A stretch of DNA of 47,892 nt from a virus. The position numbers and the translations under genes were made by a program. Every line of letters begins with the position of its first letter. Positions within the stretch are counted from its first letter, which is position 1. Shown here piece by piece: positions 1-7,186 of this stretch. The stretch is taken from positions 1 through 47,892 of IMG/VR virus record IMGVR_UViG_3300045996_000711. The stretch is one strand, 5' to 3'. Under the pieces are notes generated by a model. That model searched no databases. It saw only the letters and a program-made list of their open reading frames with translations, and was not told the origin of the DNA.

Positions 1-127
1 TACCGATGCTTGGCTGCATCGTAGCGTCTTCCGGAAAAATGTGTGTCCACAGACCCTTTCCGCTTGGGTTGTGGCCGGTGATCGAATAAATCTTCATGCC
101 GGTTCATCCTGTAGAAACTCTACCAGA
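1..127. repeat. Terminal overlap copy 1, identical to 47766-47892 (circular closure or terminal redundancy; unit length 47765 bp)
   Basis: Both window ends read taccgatgcttggctgcatcg...gtagaaactctaccaga. ORF 47659..47862 and the RusA-like stop (94) both lie across the duplicated segment. Confidence 0.95.
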
Positions 128-435
128 ACACTGTAGCCGTGAGAAACCTGCTGTGCAAACTGCCAAGTAATACGCTCATCGCCGTCATCAATCTTTAATC
201 GATCAGCGATCCCGTCAATGACGCCCTTGCAAGAACTGACGTTACCGTCAATATCCATTTTCCTAGGTCCGAACCGCGTTATGCGTACCGTGATTGGCAC
301 GTCCTCACGCTTGGTCATCAAGTAGGCAGTCAGCCTGTGTTCCTTGATGAAACTCGCTCGCTTGGCCCAGTGCATTCTCAGATTTGAGAAGTTCCTTAGC
401 CTAAGAGGCAGCCTAACCGATTGAACGATTTTCAC
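94..435 (-). CDS. RusA-like Holliday junction resolvase
   Basis: 113 aa. RKMDIDGNVSSCKGVIDGIADRLKIDDGDERI matches the RusA D.DN..K...D.L....DD..I acidic motif. Located in a nin-like region with NinB and Ref. Confidence 0.6.
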   Translation of the reverse strand: MKIVQSVRLPLRLRNFSNLRMHWAKRASFIKEHRLTAYLMTKREDVPITVRITRFGPRKMDIDGNVSSCKGVIDGIADRLKIDDGDERITWQFAQQVSHGYSVLVEFLQDEPA

Positions 436-595
436 GCCCCATCCTCTCGCACTGCGACGAAAACCCGTTCTCCCAAGCCTCGCCGCGATAGTCGCCCTTG
501 AATGGATTGTCGGACAGCTTCTTCCCGCCCCGTCGCGCCTGCTCGCCCAGCGCCCGGGCCTTCTCCCACTCCCTTCTGCGTTCTTCGGTAGTCAT
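413..595 (-). CDS. Small Rmf/CrpP-like protein
   Basis: 60 aa. GEQARRGGKKLSDNPFKGDYRGEAWENGF resembles the Rmf/CrpP G..A..G.....NP.......W..G pattern. Confidence 0.4.
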   Translation of the reverse strand: MTTEERRREWEKARALGEQARRGGKKLSDNPFKGDYRGEAWENGFSSQCERMGRENRSIG

Positions 596-792
596 GTCAA
601 GTGCCCCCTTTCAATCGGCCAAATTCCCCGCTTACGCGCGCTCCTGTAGCGTCTGTAAGCCTCATCCTTAGCAACCCCCAGCACTGCGCCGATGGCGGCA
701 TAGGTCATGTACTTTCCATCTAACAACACCTGCAAGACTTGCGACTTATTGCCGCGCTGCCTGGCCTCTGCGGTTTTTACCTTATACGCCAT
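592..792 (-). CDS. Small putative helix-turn-helix protein
   Basis: 66 aa. MTYAAIGAVLGVAKDEAYRRYRSARKRG looks like an HTH segment. Start and stop overlap the neighbouring genes. Confidence 0.35.
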   Translation of the reverse strand: MAYKVKTAEARQRGNKSQVLQVLLDGKYMTYAAIGAVLGVAKDEAYRRYRSARKRGIWPIERGHLT

Positions 793-1150
793 CTTGCCAC
801 CCGATCAATTCGTCTTGCAGCTTCAAAAGATCATCGTCCGAACCATAGGCCTGATGAAATGCTTTCGACCCATCCATCAAACTAGGCCCGAAGTAGCAGA
901 CCATTTCAGTCGTCCTATATCCATCTAAGGGAACTTTGCGATGGTGGTGAGCGCAAAGCGCGATTCCGAATCGGTGGCCTCGTCGGCGCCCTCCCATTAG
1001 CATGTGATGGTAGTCGCACCCATCGTTGTCGCAATAGTTCCCGGTCTTCTCTTGCTGGATAATGCAGGCCATGCATCTGCCCTCCTTACAAGCAACGATC
1101 CTCTCGGCTTCGCGCTTGGTTGGCTTGCCGGTTGATAGTCCTTTTTTCAT
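782..1150 (-). CDS. Ref-family (RecA-dependent) HNH-type nuclease
   Basis: 122 aa. Motifs KPTKREAERI, C.AC, then YHH...GGRRRGH....ALCAHHHR, as in P1 Ref-like recombination enhancement nucleases. Confidence 0.6.
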   Translation of the reverse strand: MKKGLSTGKPTKREAERIVACKEGRCMACIIQQEKTGNYCDNDGCDYHHMLMGGRRRGHRFGIALCAHHHRKVPLDGYRTTEMVCYFGPSLMDGSKAFHQAYGSDDDLLKLQDELIGWQDGV

Positions 1151-1572
1151 TCCGCAACCTCAGTGAATCTCACATCGTTGTCAGCACCCCAGGCATACAC
1201 GAACTCTATCAATTCTGCGCAGTCTCGCTTGTTAAGCTTGCTAGTCCGGACCGGAACAATATCGATGCCGTGACCGTCAAGAGCGGGGAGAATTTCAACT
1301 GGCTCACCCCTTGCGCGGCACCAAGCCGAAACCATAAGGCGCTTCCATACTTCAACATCTCGTTTCTTTCCTGCCCATTCGACCTGATCCGCGACTTCGG
1401 ACAGCATGGCGTGAAGCTTGGCGTTCTCGTCTAGAGTTCTTTTAGGCTCGCCAATCGTTATCCGAAGGACTCGCCCGTTGGTCACCTCTTCGCCGATGAA
1501 CTGATCCATCACGCCTTTAACAGCACGCCACCTTGGATTTTCTCGGTCTAGTTGAAACACTCGATTAGCCAT
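1147..1572 (-). CDS. ninB: NinB/Orf-family recombination mediator
   Basis: 141 aa. RTLDENAKLHAMLSEVADQVEWAGKKRDVEVWK parallels lambda NinB RSLDQNRKLWACLGDVSRQVEWHGRWLDAESWK. Confidence 0.85.
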   Translation of the reverse strand: MANRVFQLDRENPRWRAVKGVMDQFIGEEVTNGRVLRITIGEPKRTLDENAKLHAMLSEVADQVEWAGKKRDVEVWKRLMVSAWCRARGEPVEILPALDGHGIDIVPVRTSKLNKRDCAELIEFVYAWGADNDVRFTEVAE

Positions 1573-1795
1573 AAACCCACTTCCCTACCATGTCGCGATG
1601 TCCAAAGTCTCGCGCGGCATCGGCGAAGCTGGCGCCGTCAATTTGCACGATTCTCTCGTTAATCTCTCGCGGCGGTGAGCGGACGTAGCCGGACCAGTCG
1701 CGGCGCGGCGCATCAGTCCCACCGCTGTTAGATGGCTGACTCCCGCTGCCTCGGCTATCTCGTTTGCGTTGTACCTTTCGAGCATTAGAAGCCAT
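1565..1795 (-). CDS. Hypothetical protein, frame B of a dual-frame region (see finding)
   Basis: ATG at 1795 preceded by AAAGGGGGA. The C-terminal half (REINERIVQIDGASFADAARDFGHRDMVGKWVYG) looks protein-like, but the N-terminal half is low complexity. The stop overlaps the ninB start. Confidence 0.4.
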   Translation of the reverse strand: MASNARKVQRKRDSRGSGSQPSNSGGTDAPRRDWSGYVRSPPREINERIVQIDGASFADAARDFGHRDMVGKWVYG

Positions 1796-1818
1796 ACATC
1801 CCCCTTTTCGATGTTCAT
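1585..1818 (-). CDS. Hypothetical HTH-like protein, frame A of a dual-frame region (see finding)
   Basis: ATG at 1818 shares an ATGA overlap with the stop of ORF 1815..1985. The N-terminal half (LERYNANEIAEAAGVSHLTAVGLMRRA) is HTH-like; the C-terminal half looks off-frame. Confidence 0.4.
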   Translation of the reverse strand: MNIEKGDVWLLMLERYNANEIAEAAGVSHLTAVGLMRRAATGPATSAHRRERLTRESCKLTAPASPMPRETLDIATW

Positions 1819-1985
1819 TGGCAAGCCTTGAAACCATCAATCCACTGCTGTGTTGGCTTGTATCGCCTATCGGATTCAGGCCACCGGTTGATGAGCCGGC
1901 CATCCTTCATCTTCGCGACGGACCAACCATCGTAGATACCGCGAATCTCGATGTAGGCTTCTAGTTCGGATTCATCAATTTCCAT
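1815..1985 (-). CDS. Hypothetical small protein (56 aa, below the ORF-track cutoff)
   Basis: Hand translation: MEIDESELEAYIEIRGIYDGWSVAKMKDGRLINRWPESDRRYKPTQQWIDGFKACQ. Overlap-coupled on both sides. Confidence 0.5.
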   Translation of the reverse strand: MEIDESELEAYIEIRGIYDGWSVAKMKDGRLINRWPESDRRYKPTQQWIDGFKACQ

Positions 1986-2121
1986 TCAGCACCTCACTGA
2001 ACTCATCCCGCTGCACCGTGCAGCACCAGAATACCTCGACGCAGTGACCGCAAAGGCACTGGACCCCTGATGCGGTCGTGACCTCTGTGGAGGCTTCGGC
2101 TTCGCATTGGGAGCATTCCAT
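1975..2121 (-). CDS. Hypothetical Cys-rich small protein (48 aa)
   Basis: Hand translation: MECSQCEAEASTEVTTASGVQCLCGHCVEVFWCCTVQRDEFSEVLNGN. TAATG overlap with the upstream stop. CxxC...CxxC pattern. Confidence 0.4.
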   Translation of the reverse strand: MECSQCEAEASTEVTTASGVQCLCGHCVEVFWCCTVQRDEFSEVLNGN

Positions 2122-2372
2122 TAGACTGACTCAATCCTTATACCAGCGATCACCGCGCAAGCTTGAAGCAAGTCGCCGCCATAGGTGCATCCTGAGCCGT
2201 AACCTCCATCGCCGAGCTGAACTAAGCTATCCTCACTTGAGGCAAGCTCAAATTCCTTAGCGTCGTCATATTCATATGGATTCCTGCTGTATAAGGTCCA
2301 GCAATCGTTATCCACAATGGCAACTGCGCCTGGGTTATCTCGGATAATTTGAACCAAGTCTTTCTTGCCCAT
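2121..2372 (-). CDS. Hypothetical protein
   Basis: 83-aa ORF in the co-directional early gene string. Confidence 0.5.
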   Translation of the reverse strand: MGKKDLVQIIRDNPGAVAIVDNDCWTLYSRNPYEYDDAKEFELASSEDSLVQLGDGGYGSGCTYGGDLLQACAVIAGIRIESV

Positions 2373-2395
2373 ACCATTTCCTCAGTTGTTTTCAG

Positions 2396-2554
2396 TTAGT
2401 CGCACCAGCATGAAATTTCATCGTCTGCCGAATCCTCCGGACTTATGTCCGGCTCATATTCGGCAGAGTCCGAAACAAAGTCGGCGAATCTTTCGCTAAC
2501 TCCGCGCTCAACAAGCCGTCTCCGGTACATATATCGCCACTCTTTCTCGTTCAT
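2396..2554 (-). CDS. Hypothetical acidic small protein (52 aa)
   Basis: Internal ATG at 2554 preceded by GGAGGGG. The upstream extension to 2629 lacks an RBS. Confidence 0.5.
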   Translation of the reverse strand: MNEKEWRYMYRRRLVERGVSERFADFVSDSAEYEPDISPEDSADDEISCWCD

Positions 2555-2603
2555 AACCCCTCCTGTCCTACCTAACAACGCGCGATGCGGGGGAAAGCGG
2601 ACA

Positions 2604-2891
2604 TCATTTGTCTTTGAACGGCACCACATTTTCCAATTCTGACCGGACGCCGCCGCTTTCCCTGAACTCTCTCCACATCAGGGCATGTCCTGGGCAATAG
2701 TGCATATTCGGAGAAACCTCAAAGGAATGTCGGTGGCATAGAGGCATGTCGCATGTTTTCCCATCCGAAACCGGGAAGTCGCAAAGGTTCTCGCCTACAT
2801 CACCGCAATTGGAGTCGCCACAATGCGGACCTAATTCGCCGCACAAGAAGCCTTTCCCGCCACCCTCAAGATGGATCGTATAACAGGGCAT
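2604..2891 (-). CDS. Hypothetical Cys/His-rich (putative Zn-binding) protein
   Basis: 95 aa from ATG 2891 (RBS GGAAGGA). Contains many Cys/His residues, including C..HC and C..C pairs. Confidence 0.5.
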   Translation of the reverse strand: MPCYTIHLEGGGKGFLCGELGPHCGDSNCGDVGENLCDFPVSDGKTCDMPLCHRHSFEVSPNMHYCPGHALMWREFRESGGVRSELENVVPFKDK

Positions 2892-2925
2892 CACTCATCC
2901 TTCCCATAGAGCAGCTTGCGAAGAA

Positions 2926-2947
2926 GCGGGCCTATCTGAGCGCCCGC
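2926..2947 (-). terminator. Weak intrinsic-terminator-like hairpin after the SPFH gene
   Basis: GCGGGC/GCCCGC 6-bp stem with a 10-nt loop, followed on the minus strand by CUUCUUCG (poor U tract). Confidence 0.3.
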
Positions 2948-2952
2948 AAAAG

Positions 2953-3825
2953 TCACTTGATGTTGATGAAAGGAAGCGCGCCACCGGCATTCGTGGTAGG
3001 CAGATGTCCGTCCCACTTTTCGACCGCCGTCATTTGAACGATTTCTGGATTCGCCGTGATGGCCTGGGCCTTGACTCGGATCGCATTAGCCTGAGCCTCA
3101 GAAATGATCCGCAACGATTCAGCCGAGCCGAGCGCGTTGGCAATCTTCACGTCTGCCTCAGCCTTCGCCTTGGCGACCTGATTCTGCGCACGCTGAGCTT
3201 CCTGCGTCATGGTGATCTTAGCGTTGATGGCCTGCGTGACGGTAGGCGGCAAACGAAGCTCGCCGACCCAATAGATTTTCTCGATGACGATGCCCAAGGC
3301 TTGGACCTGCTCGGTTACATCCTTCTGGACCTTGGCGATGAGGTCAGTCTTGCCCTTGCCGTAAACAGTTTCGACCGGAAGCGTCGAGCCGTTCTTCACC
3401 AGCGAATCGCGGACCATATTCCGCAGGTAAATGTCGGTGATTTCATCCACGCCCTTGCGATACTTCTGGAAGACCAAAGCGGCCTTCTCGGGGCGGATGT
3501 GGTAGCTGATACCCACGTCGGCGGTGACCGGCAGACCCTCGGCTGTCTGAAAGCCGACCTCTTCGTTCGTGCAATCGCCTTCCTGGCAATCCTTGGCCCA
3601 AGTGTAGTTCTGCGTGAACGTCGGAAACAAATACATTTCCTCGTTGAATCCCACCCAATGACGACCGGGCGACTTCTCTTCCACGTCCACGCCCTTGGAG
3701 CCGCCGAGCAAGTAGACCTTAATGCCGACGTTACCGGCCGGGACCTTGTAGATGTTTGCCATGACAACCAAGCCCGCGACCAACACGAGAATGCCTGCCA
3801 CACTTGCGATGATGACCTTACGCAC
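2953..3825 (-). CDS. SPFH/band-7 (prohibitin/stomatin-like) membrane protein
   Basis: 290 aa. N-terminal TM (VIIASVAGILVLVAGLVVMA), then an SPFH-like core, then a C-terminal Ala/Gln/Lys coiled coil (QEAQRAQNQVAKAKAEADVKIANALG). Confidence 0.85.
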   Translation of the reverse strand: MRKVIIASVAGILVLVAGLVVMANIYKVPAGNVGIKVYLLGGSKGVDVEEKSPGRHWVGFNEEMYLFPTFTQNYTWAKDCQEGDCTNEEVGFQTAEGLPVTADVGISYHIRPEKAALVFQKYRKGVDEITDIYLRNMVRDSLVKNGSTLPVETVYGKGKTDLIAKVQKDVTEQVQALGIVIEKIYWVGELRLPPTVTQAINAKITMTQEAQRAQNQVAKAKAEADVKIANALGSAESLRIISEAQANAIRVKAQAITANPEIVQMTAVEKWDGHLPTTNAGGALPFINIK

Positions 3826-4009
3826 TATTCTTCTCCTTCGGAATGTAATTTCGGATTACGCGATACGTCGCGTAAAGAGTGGCGATGACCAGCAGGAACC
3901 CGATGATTGGAGCCGCATCGTTCTCTGCTGAAACTAAGAACGGAGCAACGAATCCAAACAGGACAAGCCACCACAAAATAATTCCGATAGCTTTCAACTC
4001 AGTTTTCAT
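3818..4009 (-). CDS. Small two-TM membrane protein
   Basis: MKTELKAIGIILWWLVLFGFVAPFLV...IIGFLLVIATLYATY. Its stop overlaps the SPFH start and its ATG overlaps the end of the lipoprotein ORF. Confidence 0.55.
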   Translation of the reverse strand: MKTELKAIGIILWWLVLFGFVAPFLVSAENDAAPIIGFLLVIATLYATYRVIRNYIPKEKNSA

Positions 4010-4136
4010 AGCGCGCCTCAAATTGGTCTGCGGGGACGCAGTACATCAGCACTTCTTTGTTGTTCGTTCTAGGTTGCGAATCGACTCGCTTGCAACCTGT
4101 CAGACAAATCACGATTGCGATCAGCATGATTTTCAT
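3999..4136 (-). CDS. Small lipoprotein (45 aa, below the ORF-track cutoff)
   Basis: Hand translation: MKIMLIAIVICLTGCKRVDSQ..., with lipobox LTGC. RBS TAAGGAA upstream. Confidence 0.55.
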   Translation of the reverse strand: MKIMLIAIVICLTGCKRVDSQPRTNNKEVLMYCVPADQFEARYEN

Positions 4137-4179
4137 TCTTGTTCCTTAGAGGATAGATCGTCTAATGAGAGCCTTTGGG

Positions 4180-4575
4180 CTAGATAGCACGCATATGCTG
4201 TCTCCAATCCGTGTCATCCCATCCACCCTTTCCGATATTGCAGTCATCGCATAACACTTGCAGATTTGAAAGCACAAGCGCCAACTCGGGGAAGCGTGAG
4301 CGTGGCTTAATATGGTCAACATGGAGCTTTATGCCGTCGTGCTGCGATGCACCACACAACTGACAGCATCCGTTGCAATTCTTTAGAGCTTGGTAGCGGA
4401 GTGATCGCCATTCAATCGACTTGTAGAACTTGTCGTCTGGCTGCCGTTTCGGAGGCTTCTGTGTCCCCTTCTTAACTCTCTTCCTGCGTAATTTCGCTTT
4501 CACATAATTGAGTTCTTGAACCCTAGTAGGCACTAGATCACTAGGTGGCTTCCAGAAACCTCTTAGGTTTTTCAT
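4180..4575 (-). CDS. HNH endonuclease
   Basis: 131 aa. CQLCG....LHVDHIKPRS......NLQVLCDDCNIGKG is a classic HNH motif. Confidence 0.85.
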   Translation of the reverse strand: MKNLRGFWKPPSDLVPTRVQELNYVKAKLRRKRVKKGTQKPPKRQPDDKFYKSIEWRSLRYQALKNCNGCCQLCGASQHDGIKLHVDHIKPRSRFPELALVLSNLQVLCDDCNIGKGGWDDTDWRQHMRAI

Positions 4576-4603
4576 ATCTGCTCTTGGGTGGGTGTTGAGG
4601 GCA

Positions 4604-4641
4604 AGCAGAAGCTAACCCTTGCTACTGGGTTAAGTTCTGCT
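4604..4641 (-). promoter_or_regulatory. 14-bp interrupted hairpin just upstream of the HNH start
   Basis: Minus RNA: AGCAGAA-C-TTAACCC-AGTAGCAA-GGGTTAG-C-TTCTGCT. No U tract follows. Confidence 0.4.
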
Positions 4642-4830
4642 CTCGTCCGATACTGCTCTCCGGAGCCGTGCGTCGGTACAAGCCCAAAGGTCAAGCTGCT
4701 TTGCCTAGGGTTCCATCACTTGAGGGAGAAGCCCCCTCCTATCGACCTGATGGATTGCGCTACGGTCGCTGATTGCATGACCCTGGTGCTTGCCTCACCA
4801 TGCCCCCAGTCGTCCCAGGCAGGCGAATCG

Positions 4831-4943
4831 CCAAAAGAAAACCCCCAGGAGGCTTAGAGGGGCGGGCCTTGGCGAGGCAATCGACAGAGACGGGGCTTAG
4901 ATCGTCTTGCTGATTACACCGCCCCTCTAAATCAACTGGGGGT
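4831..4943 (-). terminator. Long nested helix followed by a U tract (terminator-like element or 3' end of an sRNA)
   Basis: 4841-4848 pairs with 4936-4943 (8 bp) and 4856-4865 pairs with 4919-4928 (10 bp). Two inner hairpins. The minus RNA then continues UUUCUUUUGG. Confidence 0.35.
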
Positions 4944-5055
4944 TGTGCGTTCATTCTAAGCCCTAACACTGCCGACTGCCACATCAGCGCGGATAGTCCA
5001 TCACGATTCGTTCACGCCGTCAAGACATTTCTATCACGAAGCGTCCACGCCATTT

Positions 5056-5259
5056 TCATCCCTCCAACCACATCCCCAGCCCGGTCCATAGGGCGATGGC
5101 GGCTTCTGTCGATAGTCCGAGCGGCGCAATGTCCGGTCCGTTGTAGATTTCTACCGCGTAGCCATTCGAGACTTGGAAAATGTCAATGTGCCTATCCTCA
5201 TCAATCCGTACCGTCTTGCAGGGATAGACCCCGGCGGGGATGCCTTCGGTGACGATCAT
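5056..5259 (-). CDS. Hypothetical protein (67 aa)
   Basis: ATG at 5259 forms an ATGA overlap with the stop of 5256..5498. Confidence 0.5.
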   Translation of the reverse strand: MIVTEGIPAGVYPCKTVRIDEDRHIDIFQVSNGYAVEIYNGPDIAPLGLSTEAAIALWTGLGMWLEG

Positions 5260-5498
5260 GCGACCTTCCCCATTACTTCGCAGATATACGTCAGAATCAT
5301 CTTTGCGGATTCGTGACTGCCCTCCTTCCATAGAGCCACAGCATTTTCAACCGGGGTCGAAAGGGTGCCTGTGACTTGGCCGAATATCGCCATTTCCAAA
5401 TCCTCAGTAAAACCTTCAATCTCGGCCTGTGGCCCATTACGATTAGCCACCGACAGGATGCAGGCGGCCAAGTCCCACGGATCATGTTCATCGCTCAT
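5256..5498 (-). CDS. Hypothetical protein (80 aa)
   Basis: ORF in the co-directional early gene string. Confidence 0.5.
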   Translation of the reverse strand: MSDEHDPWDLAACILSVANRNGPQAEIEGFTEDLEMAIFGQVTGTLSTPVENAVALWKEGSHESAKMILTYICEVMGKVA

Positions 5499-5510
5499 TC
5501 TCTTCTCCGC

Positions 5511-5756
5511 CTATCGCTTGGTGATCATGGATCGAAGTATCCGGCGATATAGCCGTTCGGCGGCCTTTATCAGCCTTTCGTCAGATTGCCAATGCCAGTG
5601 ATAATAGCCATCTGATTCGTCGCCCTTTTCAGTTGGGTACTTCCTGAGAAGCTGGGCCGTTGCTTCGCCCCAAGCCGCAGCCTTTCGGGTGAAGTAGTGC
5701 CGGCGTCGCGTGGGCGCGTAATAGGCTACCCGCTCTCTTCGTTCAATCGCGGGCAT
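5511..5756 (-). CDS. Hypothetical protein (81 aa)
   Basis: ATG at 5756 preceded by GAGGGGGAG. The longer ORF-track version lacks an RBS. Confidence 0.5.
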   Translation of the reverse strand: MPAIERRERVAYYAPTRRRHYFTRKAAAWGEATAQLLRKYPTEKGDESDGYYHWHWQSDERLIKAAERLYRRILRSMITKR

Positions 5757-5758
5757 CC

Positions 5759-5935
5759 CTACTCCCCCTCTGTCTTGGGTGGCGGTGGGAGCATTTGTTT
5801 CCCGTTCCAGATATCCAAGGCGAATATCACACTTGCCGCTTGATCCGGTGTTACATCGGCTAAGCGAGCAATCTCCCTCAGCCAATCGGCGCAGCGCTGG
5901 TCGAGCCTTATTTTCACGTCAACGTGTGTGTCCAT
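5759..5935 (-). CDS. Hypothetical small protein (58 aa, below the ORF-track cutoff)
   Basis: Hand translation: MDTHVDVKIRLDQRCADWLREIARLADVTPDQAASVIFALDIWNGKQMLPPPPKTEGE. RBS GAGAGGAAG. Confidence 0.45.
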   Translation of the reverse strand: MDTHVDVKIRLDQRCADWLREIARLADVTPDQAASVIFALDIWNGKQMLPPPPKTEGE

Positions 5936-5978
5936 TACTGCTTCCTCTCTCTATTGAACCTGATTCCGTCTGTGACGA

Positions 5979-6260
5979 TCATGGGGTGTCCTCTTCAATG
6001 GGGATGATGGCGACACGCTTGCCGAGCAAGCAAGGCAGCAATTCCCCTATTACTTGGCCTTTATCCCGTCCTAGATCGTAGCTAAAATATCGGCTTATGC
6101 CATATCTAGGTGCATCTTCTACCTTGCGCACAAGCTCAAGGCACTCAGAGAGGATGAACCATTCATGATCCGGACACAGATTGTTCGTGCTAAGGCCAAA
6201 TGACTTAACGCTGTCCTCGATTATGTCTAGACGTGATTGCAATCGTTCGCTCAGTTTCAT
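5979..6260 (-). CDS. Hypothetical protein (93 aa)
   Basis: ORF; its start overlaps the stop of 6257..6538. Confidence 0.5.
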   Translation of the reverse strand: MKLSERLQSRLDIIEDSVKSFGLSTNNLCPDHEWFILSECLELVRKVEDAPRYGISRYFSYDLGRDKGQVIGELLPCLLGKRVAIIPIEEDTP

Positions 6261-6538
6261 CTGACCCTCTCCCCAACCTTTTCTAGCAGGCAGTCTAAGG
6301 AGGCCTTAAATTCAGACTCGCAGGGTTCTTGTTTGTCGATGATGGGTTCTAGCTGGTGCGGCCAGAAGACCCAAAAGTCTTCGTTGCTTACCGTGACCCC
6401 TATCATTCCTGCTTCTCCACGCGTGTTTTTCTTGTTGGTAGAGTTTACTCGCGCCTCTTTCCCTACCAAACGCTCTGCATTAGAGCCTCCGTTGCATGCA
6501 ACAATTCTCACCCTCATCCCAACTCTAAAGAAGGCCAT
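6257..6538 (-). CDS. Hypothetical protein (93 aa)
   Basis: ORF, overlap-coupled on both sides. Confidence 0.5.
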   Translation of the reverse strand: MAFFRVGMRVRIVACNGGSNAERLVGKEARVNSTNKKNTRGEAGMIGVTVSNEDFWVFWPHQLEPIIDKQEPCESEFKASLDCLLEKVGERVR

Positions 6539-6876
6539 TAGACTGTCCTCCGCATATCCCTCGGGAAATACTGCATCTTTAGGCTGCGATTGGATGAGTT
6601 GGACGGCGTAAAAATACCGGTCGCTTCAATCACCCCATCACGCAATGCCCGCTGCGTGACTGCACCAAAACTTCTCTGCTCCGGCGGCACCGGAAGCCCT
6701 TTTGAATAAGCCCAATTCCTGAACTCTTCGATGGAAAAGGCTTGGCGCTTGCGCAGCATCAGGCGGGAATACCACCGCAAGTAATGGCTGCATTCGTCCA
6801 ACCACTGAGCGCCAGCATGCTCCGCGCTGCTGGCTATGCCCTGATCGGCTCGTTGGCGTGCGGCTTTGGTGTTCAT
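6538..6876 (-). CDS. Hypothetical protein (112 aa)
   Basis: ORF directly downstream of the Cro-like gene with a 4-nt overlap. Confidence 0.5.
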   Translation of the reverse strand: MNTKAARQRADQGIASSAEHAGAQWLDECSHYLRWYSRLMLRKRQAFSIEEFRNWAYSKGLPVPPEQRSFGAVTQRALRDGVIEATGIFTPSNSSNRSLKMQYFPRDMRRTV

Positions 6877-7058
6877 TTCTTCTTCTCCGGGAATTTGGTC
6901 GGGTAGAGGGCTCGCAGGTACATCTGGCGCAGCTTCGGCAGCGGTTCATCTTCCGGCCACTGAGACACAGCAGCCCTTGTGCACTGCATCATCCTTGCCA
7001 GGGCGTAGTCGGACGGGATGCCTAGCTTCTTCTTTGCGGATCGTTTCGTAATGTGCAT
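6873..7058 (-). CDS. Cro/YdaS-like HTH regulator
   Basis: 61 aa. LGIPSDYALARMMQCTRAAVSQWPEDEPLP matches the YdaS/Cro HTH pattern (...avSqW....iP). First gene of the leftward unit; RBS AAGAGGA. Confidence 0.55.
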   Translation of the reverse strand: MHITKRSAKKKLGIPSDYALARMMQCTRAAVSQWPEDEPLPKLRQMYLRALYPTKFPEKKK

Positions 7059-7186
7059 TACAGTCCTCTTGATTGTGGTTTAATTACTGCACGTAAAGAA
7101 TACTTGCATTCGGCCAAACAATCAAGTACCTTTGCACTTGTCCGGTTCTGGCCGTGACCTGCGTAATAGAGGGAAACAACGGGAGA
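7059..7186. promoter_or_regulatory. Divergent early control region with an inverted repeat
   Basis: CTTGATTG (7068-7075) and CAATCAAG (7119-7126). The minus-strand promoter reads TTGATT-17nt-TATTCT (-35 at 7120-7125, -10 at 7097-7102). The plus-strand candidate is TTGATT (7069-7074) with a weak -10 TAAAGA. Confidence 0.4.

Noticed and set aside
3004-3888. 294-aa plus-strand ORF opposite the SPFH gene. Similar long antisense ORFs lie at 23474..24184 (opposite the tape measure gene), 35722..36594 (opposite the capsid gene), 33468..33983, 14794..15414 and 9751..10275.
   Set aside because: These are shadow ORFs of confidently assigned genes on the other strand. Their translations are Arg/Ser/Leu/Pro-rich with no motifs and no RBS or coupling context.
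4962-4973. The string CCTAACACTGCC resembles part of the twister ribozyme as I remember it, and nearby GTTAGGGC/GCCCTAAC resemble pistol-like strings.
   Set aside because: The other conserved twister and pistol segments and their required pairings are absent on the same strand. The two pistol-like strings are simply complements of one another.
4576-5055. Group I intron carrying the adjacent HNH gene.
   Set aside because: The flanking ORFs (5056..5259 and the lipoprotein/SPFH genes) are complete and unrelated, so no exon continuity exists. I could not identify a P7/G-binding core by eye.
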